NCBI GenBank assembly: GCA_965208125.1
Contig: OZ242320.1
Coordinates: forward strand, 224,001 to 288,000
DNA: 64,000 bases
Direction: 5' to 3'
From: Candidatus Latescibacterota bacterium
GTDB taxonomy: Bacteria > Latescibacterota > UBA2968
Shown here one piece after another: positions 49,549 to 57,667 of the stretch. The notes beneath the pieces were generated by a model. The model made no database searches, was not told where the DNA came from, and worked only from the letters and a program-made list of their open reading frames with translations. Position 1 is the first letter of the stretch. The number at the start of each line of letters is the position of its first letter. The position numbers and the translations under genes were made by a program.

Positions 49549-50346
49549 ATGCGTGTACGTTTGGGCGTGGTGTCATATTTAAACTCGCGGCCACTGGTTG
49601 AAGTGCTGCGCACGGGTGTGATCGACCGCGATTTTGAACTGATCTACGGTGTGCCCTCGCGATGCGCCGAACGGCTGCACATGGGCGAAACCGATGTGGC
49701 ATTGATCCCCGCTGTAGAAATTGGACGCGGACGTGATGCCTATCGGATTGTGCCCAATATCGGCATTATTTCAAACGGGCCTGTTGGCAGCGTATTTATC
49801 GTGCTAAACAAAAAACCCGAAGAAATTCAAACACTGGCTCTGGATCGCGGATCGCGCACATCAGTCGTGCTGGCGCAGATCGTACTGGCGCGGCAATTTG
49901 GCTGCCAGCCAGAAGTGTTTTTTCATCCCCCAGATATAGACGCAATGCTCAAACGCGCCGATGCCGCCCTGTTGATAGGCGATCCCGCGCTGGCATTGTC
50001 CCGCAAACGCTATCGAATCCTGGACCTGGGCGAAATTTGGACGCAGATGACAGGGTTGCCTTTTGTCTATGCCTGCTGGACCGGACGCCCCGATGCATTG
50101 GCGCCATATCACATTGACAAACTGATCGAGGCCAAGGAAAAAAGCAAGTCGCTTATCCCCAGCATCGCAAAGGACTATGCCGCTGAAACCCGCACCCTAT
50201 CGCCCGCATTTTATGCTGAATATCTAACCAGAAATATCCTCTACGATTTGGGCGATACCGAACTGGAAGGCTTGAAGCGATTCTATGCTTATGGTGTAGA
50301 ACTCGGATTGATGGACGCAGTGCCAGATATCCGCTTCTATGTTTAA
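49549..50346 (+). CDS. mqnA: Chorismate dehydratase
   Basis: GVVSYLNSRPL, SRTSV, LLIGDPAL, DLGE.W...TGLPFVYA.W. Confidence 0.88.
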   Translation: MRVRLGVVSYLNSRPLVEVLRTGVIDRDFELIYGVPSRCAERLHMGETDVALIPAVEIGRGRDAYRIVPNIGIISNGPVGSVFIVLNKKPEEIQTLALDRGSRTSVVLAQIVLARQFGCQPEVFFHPPDIDAMLKRADAALLIGDPALALSRKRYRILDLGEIWTQMTGLPFVYACWTGRPDALAPYHIDKLIEAKEKSKSLIPSIAKDYAAETRTLSPAFYAEYLTRNILYDLGDTELEGLKRFYAYGVELGLMDAVPDIRFYV

Positions 50347-50351
50347 ATTTG

Positions 50352-50381
50352 AAAAAAATCGGCGATAGGCCGGTTTTTTTT
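50352..50381 (+). terminator. Intrinsic terminator after mqnA
   Basis: AAAAAAATCGGC-GATAG-GCCGGTTTTTTTT. Confidence 0.65.
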
Positions 50382-50403
50382 ATCGAAAACTGGAGAACTT
50401 GTA

Positions 50404-51654
50404 ATGCCCGAAAAAAACAAACCAATTCGCGTGGGCGTCGTCGGCGTGGGACGCGGGCGATCATTTATGCGGGCGGCAACACCGACGGGAATGGAACTCG
50501 TTGCAATTTGCGATACATGGGAAGAGCGACTAAGACCCGAAGGCAAAGCACTCGGGGTATCGACTTATGTAGATTACCAGGCATTTTTGGAACACGATAT
50601 GGATGCCGTGGTACTCGCCAATTATTTTCACGAACACGCGCCCTTTGCCGTCGAAGCACTGAACGCCGGGAAACACGTCATGAGCGAAACCGCTGCTTGC
50701 CATACATTGGGCGAAGGCGTCGCACTTGCGCGGGCGGTAGAGCGCAGTGGCAAAATTTATATGTTTGCCGAAAATTATCCCTATACGGCGTACAATCAGG
50801 AAATGAGACGGCTCTACCAAAAAGGACACGTAGGAGAATTTAAATACGGAGAAGGCGAATACGTACATCCCGACCCGCCAGAAGTGAAATTGGGGCGCAG
50901 TTGTGGGCGCAATCACTGGCGCAACTGGATTCCCTCGACCTATTATTGCACGCATTCGATTGCCCCCGTAATGTACATCACAGATACGCGCCCCGTAAAA
51001 GTAAACGGATTTGTCATCCCCTACGATTTTGGCGACATGACCAAAACCCTGCACATGAACCGCGCGGATACAGCAGGCGTGATCATCTGTCGGATGGACA
51101 ATGACGCCGTCATGAAATCCCTGCACGGCGCATTGCGCGGACACGGCAACTACGTCAGAATCCACGGCAACAAGGGCGTGATGGAAAACTGTCGCAACGG
51201 CGATAAATATCGGCTACGCGTGTGGAGAGAACCGTGGGAAAAGCAAAAAGGAGAACCGGTAGAAACCGTTTACAGACCGGACTTCCCCGTGCATCACGAC
51301 CGCGCAACACAGGCCGGGCATGGCGGCGGCGATTTCTTCACGAGCTACCATTTCGCCGAAGCGATTCGCACGGGCGAGCAACCCTACCTCAATGTGTATC
51401 GCGGCATCGACATGAGTATTGCGGGCATTCAAGCGTGGCGATCAGCACTCAGCGATTCGGCACCGATGGAAGTGCCCGATTTTCGCGAAGAATCCATAAG
51501 AAAAAAACACGAGAGTGATGATTGGTCGCCCGATCCCACGCGCAAAAAACCGGGACAACCACCGAGCAGTATTCTGGGAGAAATCGAACCGTCCGATGGC
51601 GCTAAAGCACTGGCAAAAAAAGTCTGGGCGAGCCGAGGATACTTTGGAGAATGA
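50404..51654 (+). CDS. Gfo/Idh/MocA family oxidoreductase
   Basis: GVVGVGRG, GKHVMSE, AENY, GEGEYVH, YCTHS, GHGGGD. Confidence 0.85.
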   Translation: MPEKNKPIRVGVVGVGRGRSFMRAATPTGMELVAICDTWEERLRPEGKALGVSTYVDYQAFLEHDMDAVVLANYFHEHAPFAVEALNAGKHVMSETAACHTLGEGVALARAVERSGKIYMFAENYPYTAYNQEMRRLYQKGHVGEFKYGEGEYVHPDPPEVKLGRSCGRNHWRNWIPSTYYCTHSIAPVMYITDTRPVKVNGFVIPYDFGDMTKTLHMNRADTAGVIICRMDNDAVMKSLHGALRGHGNYVRIHGNKGVMENCRNGDKYRLRVWREPWEKQKGEPVETVYRPDFPVHHDRATQAGHGGGDFFTSYHFAEAIRTGEQPYLNVYRGIDMSIAGIQAWRSALSDSAPMEVPDFREESIRKKHESDDWSPDPTRKKPGQPPSSILGEIEPSDGAKALAKKVWASRGYFGE

Positions 51655-51664
51655 GGATCTGACC

Positions 51665-52057
51665 ATGATTGAAATAGCACAAGTGGTACTGGCGATTTAC
51701 GGCATATTGTTAATTGTGGGGGGCGTCGTAGGAAAGATGAAATCCGGGAGTTCTGCCTCCTTATTCGCAGGCGCAATCTGCGGTATTGCTGCACTCGTTG
51801 GATACTGGCAAAGCCTGAGCGATCCCGCCGTCGGATTTTTGACTGGCGGATTGGTCGGATTATTGCTCACCGGCATTTTTATGAGCCGATTTGTCCGCAC
51901 ACGAAAATTTATGCCCGCGGGATTGGTACTCCTGCTCAGTCTTCTGGTGGGTATTTTGACAATGATGGCGAGACAGGAATACCTGCTCAATCAAGATAAA
52001 CCAGTGGAAGAACTGACAAAAAAGGGCCAGGAACAATGTCCCTGGCCCAACGTCTGA
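51665..52057 (+). CDS. TMEM14-like small membrane protein
   Basis: YGILLIVGG..G...GS..SL; RF..TRKFMPAGL; four TM helices. Confidence 0.75.
   Translation: MIEIAQVVLAIYGILLIVGGVVGKMKSGSSASLFAGAICGIAALVGYWQSLSDPAVGFLTGGLVGLLLTGIFMSRFVRTRKFMPAGLVLLLSLLVGILTMMARQEYLLNQDKPVEELTKKGQEQCPWPNV
52018..52048 (-). terminator. Minus-strand intrinsic terminator inside the 3' end of the TMEM14-like gene
   Basis: Minus strand GGGCCAGG-GACATTGTT-CCTGGCCC-TTTTTT. Confidence 0.6.
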
Positions 52058-52274
52058 AGGGTCACAGCCTGAAAATCAGGCGTTCACCTCCGAGTTAAAA
52101 TGTTTCACATTAACCTCCTTTCGATATGCGCAACTCCGCTTCCGGAAGGCGTTTTGCGCGGTGAATGCCAATATATTAGCAAACCGTACCAACCTGTTGG
52201 CCCGGTCACATAAACACCGGAATGGATGCAGTTTTTCAGAAACGCAGTGTACTTTTATCGCGTCTTTTCCAACC

Positions 52275-52309
52275 AAAAACGCCTGAGCTATAATGCCCAG
52301 GCGTTTTTT
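52275..52309. terminator. Bidirectional terminator-like hairpin
   Basis: AAAAACGCCTG...CAGGCGTTTTT. Confidence 0.7.
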
Positions 52310-52682
52310 AATTTGTAATGGCAATGCCGTGTTTGCGGCAGAGTTTGCGAAGTTTTTTCACAGCACCGCCTATGGATTTTCCGTTTCTCGTAATGCCGAA
52401 CAAGTGCTGGCTGACCACCCTGCGCGAAATACCCATAATCTCGGAGATTTCCCGCTGGGTTTTGCCGTATTTGAAATACAAAACAGCAGCTTCAAATTGT
52501 CTTTGCGTAAGCGATTGATTTAAGAGCGTATCGATCTGTGGGATGAGACGCCCAACCCGATCTTCATATTTATAGCGCAAATTCTGGTCTTCGGGCGACT
52601 CGTACCACAGGCCAACGTCATCCGGCATCATTTCCAGGTCTGATTGATCTAATTGAACTTCCCAAAAATCAGGATTGTACAT
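52308..52682 (-). CDS. Sigma-70 region-4-like HTH protein (no region 2)
   Basis: LTQRQFEAAVLYF..GKTQREISEIMGISRRVVSQHL; start MYNP after a GGAGGAG SD. Confidence 0.75.
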   Translation of the reverse strand: MYNPDFWEVQLDQSDLEMMPDDVGLWYESPEDQNLRYKYEDRVGRLIPQIDTLLNQSLTQRQFEAAVLYFKYGKTQREISEIMGISRRVVSQHLFGITRNGKSIGGAVKKLRKLCRKHGIAITN

Positions 52683-52803
52683 ATGTCCGTTCGTCTCCTC
52701 CAGGGAATGAATATGTCGGGCGAAAAACCACCACACATACCAGACCCGCGGCTCCGGAGGGACGATAAAACTGCGACGGACAGATAGTGAATGACCGAAG
52801 CAG

Positions 52804-52866
52804 CTACCTCACCGGAGGCGAACCGGGTATGTTATTTGTCGTAAATGCGAAAATTAAAGCCTCCAT
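52804..52866 (-). CDS. Putative 20-aa leader peptide MEALIFAFTTNNIPGSPPVR
   Basis: AAAGGAGG SD 4 nt before ATG; lies between the promoter and the sigma-r4 gene. Confidence 0.55.
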   Translation of the reverse strand: MEALIFAFTTNNIPGSPPVR

Positions 52867-52908
52867 GTTGCCTCCTTTCAAATAGACATACATAAACGAT
52901 CACCCGCA

Positions 52909-52937
52909 ACACTACGGGAATCTCACTGCATTGTCAA
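52909..52937 (-). promoter_or_regulatory. Sigma-70 promoter for the leader and sigma-r4 gene
   Basis: Minus strand TTGACA-N17-TAGTGT. Confidence 0.6.
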
Positions 52938-52988
52938 GACATACCTCTTCGCCCTTACACCGGCATGGATGCACTTTTGGGCGCTCTA

Positions 52989-54320
52989 TCAAAAAGATTT
53001 TTTCTTTCTCAATTCATCCCACCAATCCATAAGCGCGCGAATGTGTTTTTCATAGCCGCGATCTGTGGGTTGATAATAGATACGATCTTTCAAATTATCG
53101 GGAAAATACACCTGATCAATATAGCCATCCGGATCATCATGAGCATATTGATACCCTTTGCCGTAATCGAGATCTTTCATAAGCTTTGTCGGCGCATTGC
53201 GAATATGCAGGGGCACGGGCAGATTGGGATGTTTCTCCACATCGGAAAGCGCGTTATTATACGCGGCATAAACGGCATTGCTCTTAGGGGCTGTAGCGAG
53301 ATAAACCGTCGCCTGAGCAATGGCCAAATCGCCCTCGGGACTGCCCAGAAAATCGTACGCCTCGCGGGCATTGAGCGCAACTTGCAAAGCGCGCGGATCG
53401 GCAGTACCCACATCTTCAGAAGCAAAGCGAATCATACGCCTCAAAATATAATGCGGGTGCTCCCCCGACGCCATCATACGCGCGAGCCAATACAGTGAAG
53501 CATGTGGATCGCTGCCGCGGAGACTCTTGTGAAAAGCCGAAATGATATTGTAGTGCTCTTCCCCTGTCTTATCGTAAAGATGAGCCTTGCGACCGAGAAT
53601 TTCCCGCACCATTTCGGGCGTAGGATCGCAACCCGTAGCCTCAACAGCCGCAGCAACCGTTTCGAGCGCGTTGAGAGACCGGCGTGCATCTCCTTCTGCG
53701 GTCTCTGCAATGAGATCCAAAGCCTGGTCATCAATCTGCAAATCGGGAAACCCGTGTTCCGAATCGGCAATTGCGCGATCCAGCACCTGGCGAATATGGG
53801 ACGTATCGAGCAAATTGAGCACAAAAACGCGCGTGCGTGAAAGCAGGGCTGAATTGACCTCAAAAGAGGGATTCTCAGTAGTAGCACCAATAAGCGTAAT
53901 AACACCATTTTCCACATGGGGCAAAAAAGCATCTTGCTGCGCCTTGTTAAAACGGTGAATCTCATCCACAAAAAAGATGGTACGCCTGCCCAAACGCCGC
54001 TCTTCTCGCGCCCGCGCAATAATCTCTCGCGCCTCTTTGATCCCCGCAGTAACCGCGCTAAAAGACACAAACCGACTCTGTGTCGTACCCGCAATAACCC
54101 GAGCCAGCGTTGTCTTGCCCGAACCCGGTGGACCCCAGAAAATCATGGACGGCAAGCGGTCGCTCTCGATAAGCACGCGAAGGGGCGCACCCGGCCCAAC
54201 GAGGTGATCCTGCCCCACAATATCGTCCAGCACCTGGGGACGCAGGCGTTCGGCCAGAGGCGCGTCTTCCATCTCCTGCTCTGCTTGCGACACGGGTTTT
54301 AAAAAAAGGTCTTCATTCAT
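52989..54320 (-). CDS. rarA: Replication-associated recombination protein A
   Basis: PLAERLRP, GPPGSGKTT, DEIHRFNKAQQD, GATTENP, SAFHKSLRGSD, ASEDVG.ADP. Confidence 0.95.
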   Translation of the reverse strand: MNEDLFLKPVSQAEQEMEDAPLAERLRPQVLDDIVGQDHLVGPGAPLRVLIESDRLPSMIFWGPPGSGKTTLARVIAGTTQSRFVSFSAVTAGIKEAREIIARAREERRLGRRTIFFVDEIHRFNKAQQDAFLPHVENGVITLIGATTENPSFEVNSALLSRTRVFVLNLLDTSHIRQVLDRAIADSEHGFPDLQIDDQALDLIAETAEGDARRSLNALETVAAAVEATGCDPTPEMVREILGRKAHLYDKTGEEHYNIISAFHKSLRGSDPHASLYWLARMMASGEHPHYILRRMIRFASEDVGTADPRALQVALNAREAYDFLGSPEGDLAIAQATVYLATAPKSNAVYAAYNNALSDVEKHPNLPVPLHIRNAPTKLMKDLDYGKGYQYAHDDPDGYIDQVYFPDNLKDRIYYQPTDRGYEKHIRALMDWWDELRKKKSF

Positions 54321-54410
54321 TGGTCATTAGCTTTCAGCAGTCAGCAATCAGCCCCAGTCTCCAGTCTCCAGCCCCGCCCTTCGTCAAAATATACTCAGAT
54401 TCCCATACTT

Positions 54411-54435
54411 TCGCCAATACTGGCAAAAGTGCTTG
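54411..54435 (+). repeat. 25-bp direct repeat, copy B (second copy at 57581-57605)
   Basis: TCG(C/T)CAATACTGGCAAAAGTGCTTG at both positions. Confidence 0.85.
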
Positions 54436-54575
54436 CATACTAATGTGAAATTTCTACTTGTATAAAAGCGCGATCTTTATAAAATTATGCATTTGGACAT
54501 ACGTCAATCTGCTTATGCCAGTTGTTTCTATATTTTTTCGCAAACGTTTGTTTTTAACTTATTTGGAGGAAATCA

Positions 54576-57320
54576 ATGATTGATCAGGACCAATATTGCC
54601 AATTTTGTCTCTCCACGCTCAGTATCGCCAGTTTTCTGAGCCTTCTGCTCTTGATTTCTCCCTTGTCCCTTTTTTCGCAGGATAGTAACCCGCCTTCTTC
54701 GGACGCCACGTTGAGCGCCCTTTCTCTCAGCAACGTCAACTTCCGCACGTTTGCTCCGGGAACCACTCAATACACTACGAATGTGATGGGAGTGACGGAG
54801 ACAACCGTTTCACCGACGGTCAATCATTCAAGTGCCAGTTACGTGATCGAACTGAACGGCGCAGTCGATTCAGATGGGGTCATCCCTCTTGCCGTAGGGA
54901 GCAACGTCATCACTGTCGAAGTCACTGCCGAGGATGAGGAGTCCAAGCAGACCTATACCGTAACCGTCACCCGCGTCCTCTCCACCAATGCCAGCCTCCG
55001 CAACCTGAGCCTGAGCAGCGTCGACTTCGGCACTTTCATCTGGTACACCACCCAATATAGCGCACGAGTCTCCAACGTCGTGACACAGACTACGGTTACG
55101 CCTACGTTACTCCACTCTGTGGCGAGCTACGTAATAAAACTGAACGGCGCGGTCGATTCTGATGGGGTAATCCCACTTGCAGTGGGAAGCAACGTCATCA
55201 CCGTAGAGGTCACCGCCGAAGACGGGAGCACGACGCGGACCTACACGGTCACAGTCATACGAGAAGTAGTGACAGGCGAACTGGCCACCGACGATCCGCC
55301 GGTGAACTTCCGTGTCACAGGCTTCTCCGACACCTCGGCCGGCGTGGCATGGAAAGTGCCTCGAAATCGAGGCATCACAAACTATGTGTTGGAGAGATAT
55401 GACCACAACGGCACTGAGTTTGTATGGAGTGATGAAATCAGTGACACGACCAGCGGCGGGGCTAGTTGGGCCTGGTCCGCTATCAAATTGACACCAGATA
55501 CACAATACAAGTACGTGCTTTACCTCAGAGATGATCAGAACACCACCGTGATAGAGGCGACCGTTACGGTACGCACTCTGAAAACAGGGGGCAGTAGCAC
55601 GGTCTCGAACGACGCTACGTTGAGCGGTCTAACCCTGAGCGGCATCGACTTTGGATCGTTCAGGTCCAGTTCCACATATTACACGGCCACCGCCGGCCAC
55701 AGCGTGACGCAGACGACGGTAACGGCATCGACGAACCATTCGGGGGCGAGCTATGAGGTTCAGCTTGGCGGTGCGGTTGACGACGACGGGGTGATCCCTC
55801 TTGCGGTGGGAAGCAACAGGATTGGCGTGAAGGTGACTGCGGAGGACGGCGTTACGACCAAGATTTACACCATCATCGCCACTCGCGAGGGACAGTCTTC
55901 GCGCGAGGGACAGTCTTCGAAGGACGCCACGTTGAGTGCCCTTTCTCTCAGCAACGTCAACTTCCGCACGTTTGCTCCGGGAACCACTCAATACACTACG
56001 AGTGTGATGGGCGTGACGGAGACAACCGTTTCACCGACGGTCAATCATTCAAGTGCCAGTTACGTGATCGAACTGAACGGCGCAGTCGATTCAGATGGGG
56101 TCATCCCTCTTGCCGTAGGGAGCAACGTCATCACTGTCGAAGTCACTGCCGAGGATGAGGAGTCCAAGCAGACCTATACCGTAACCGTCACCCGCGTCCT
56201 CTCCACCAATGCCAGCCTCCGCCTCTTGAGCCTGAGCGGCATCGACTTCGGCACTTTCATCTGGTACACCACCCAATATAGCGCACGAGTTTCCAATGCC
56301 GTAACGCAGACTACGGTTACTCCAACGTTACTCCACTCTGTGGCAAGCTACGCAATAAAACTGAACGGCGCAGTCGATTCAGATGGGGTTATCTCTCTTG
56401 CCGTAGGAAGCAACGCCATCACCGTAGAGGTCACCGCCGAAGACGGGAGCACGACACGGACCTACACGGTCACAGTCATACGAGAAGTAGTGACAGGCGA
56501 ACTGGCCACCGACGATCCGCCGGTGAACTTCCGTGTCACAGGCTTCTCCGACACCTCGGCCGGCGTGGCATGGGAAGTGCCTCGCAACCGGAGCATCACC
56601 AACTATGTGTTGGAGAGATATGACCACAACGGCACTGAGTTTGTATGGAGTGATGAAACCAGTGACACGACCAGCGGCGGGGCTAGTTGGGCCAATTCCG
56701 CTATCAAATTGACACCAGATACACAATACAAGTACGTGCTTTACCTCCGAGATGATCAGAACACCATCGTGATAGAGAAGACCGTTACGGTACGCACGCT
56801 GACAACAGGGGGCAGTAGTACGGTCTCGAACGACGCTACGTTGAGCGGTCTAACCCTGAGCGGCATCGACTTTGGATCGTTCAGGTCCAGTTCCACATAT
56901 TACACGGCCACGGCCAGCCACAGCGTGACGCAGACGACGGTAACGGCATCGACGAACCATTCGGGGGCGAGCTATGAGGTTCAGCTTGGCGGCGCGGTTG
57001 ACGACGACGGAGTTATCCCGCTTGCGGTGGGAAGCAACAGGATCGGCGTGAAGGTGACTGCGGAGGACGGGGTCACGACTAAGATTTACACTGTCATCGT
57101 CACCAGGGCCCTTTCCAATTTTTCACAGGACAGTAGTCCGTCTGCTTCGGATTTTAATGGCGATGGGATCGTCGATGAATTGGACTTAAGACTTCTTATC
57201 TCCAATTGGGGAACGCGAGCAGGTGGACCAAATTGGGATGCGAAGTTCGATCTAAACAGTGATAGGATCGTCAATGAATTGGACTTAAGACTTCTTATCT
57301 CCAATTGGGGCAAGGGGTGA
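54576..57320 (+). CDS. Secreted cadherin-like beta-sandwich/FN3 repeat protein with a C-terminal dockerin-like pair
   Basis: Signal peptide; repeated DATLSxLxLS..PLAVGSN.I.V.VTAED...YT units; FN3-like units; DFNGDGIVDELDL..FDLNSDRIVNELDL. Confidence 0.85.
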   Translation: MIDQDQYCQFCLSTLSIASFLSLLLLISPLSLFSQDSNPPSSDATLSALSLSNVNFRTFAPGTTQYTTNVMGVTETTVSPTVNHSSASYVIELNGAVDSDGVIPLAVGSNVITVEVTAEDEESKQTYTVTVTRVLSTNASLRNLSLSSVDFGTFIWYTTQYSARVSNVVTQTTVTPTLLHSVASYVIKLNGAVDSDGVIPLAVGSNVITVEVTAEDGSTTRTYTVTVIREVVTGELATDDPPVNFRVTGFSDTSAGVAWKVPRNRGITNYVLERYDHNGTEFVWSDEISDTTSGGASWAWSAIKLTPDTQYKYVLYLRDDQNTTVIEATVTVRTLKTGGSSTVSNDATLSGLTLSGIDFGSFRSSSTYYTATAGHSVTQTTVTASTNHSGASYEVQLGGAVDDDGVIPLAVGSNRIGVKVTAEDGVTTKIYTIIATREGQSSREGQSSKDATLSALSLSNVNFRTFAPGTTQYTTSVMGVTETTVSPTVNHSSASYVIELNGAVDSDGVIPLAVGSNVITVEVTAEDEESKQTYTVTVTRVLSTNASLRLLSLSGIDFGTFIWYTTQYSARVSNAVTQTTVTPTLLHSVASYAIKLNGAVDSDGVISLAVGSNAITVEVTAEDGSTTRTYTVTVIREVVTGELATDDPPVNFRVTGFSDTSAGVAWEVPRNRSITNYVLERYDHNGTEFVWSDETSDTTSGGASWANSAIKLTPDTQYKYVLYLRDDQNTIVIEKTVTVRTLTTGGSSTVSNDATLSGLTLSGIDFGSFRSSSTYYTATASHSVTQTTVTASTNHSGASYEVQLGGAVDDDGVIPLAVGSNRIGVKVTAEDGVTTKIYTVIVTRALSNFSQDSSPSASDFNGDGIVDELDLRLLISNWGTRAGGPNWDAKFDLNSDRIVNELDLRLLISNWGKG
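54701..57100 (+). repeat. Intragenic tandem duplication with a 1,221-bp period
   Basis: GGACGCCACGTTGAG at 54701 and 55922; near-identical sequence continues for about 1.18 kb. Confidence 0.9.
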
Positions 57321-57478
57321 TGAGAAGTATGATGCGAAATACGATCTGGACGGTACAGGCCGTGTCCAACCCCTGACCAACACAGAGTTGGCGCCCAACC
57401 ATCGACTCGGTGACGCCGGGTGGCGGCTCTTTTACCGTTGCCTGGACCGCTCCCGCAAACTATCTAATATCAGTTAAA

Positions 57479-57581
57479 AAAAACGCCTGAGCTATAACAC
57501 TCAGGCGTTTTTTTGTTGTGACGGCAATACCGTGTTTGCGGCAGAGTTTGCGAAGTTTTTTCACAGCACCGTCCACGGATT
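57479..57581 (-). pseudogene. Duplicated 3' fragment and terminator of the sigma-r4 gene (copy of 52275-52378)
   Basis: Encodes GAVKKLRKLCRKHGIA and carries the same AAAAACGCCTGAGCTATAA..CAGGCGTTTTT hairpin. Confidence 0.85.
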
Positions 57582-57667
57582 CGTCAATACTGGCAAAAGT
57601 GCTTGTGAACGCATCTATATTCGCTATTTTGAAGCCTATTCTCCCATCCCAATCATGAAAGGATCTT

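Noticed and set aside
52128-52160. SRP RNA (TCCGGAAGG loop)
   Set aside because: Lacks the flanking CAGG/AGCA internal-loop motif of SRP helix 8.
54420-54437. Sigma-54 promoter CTGGCAAAAGTGCTTGCA
   Set aside because: GG-to-GC spacing is 11 nt instead of the obligatory 10.
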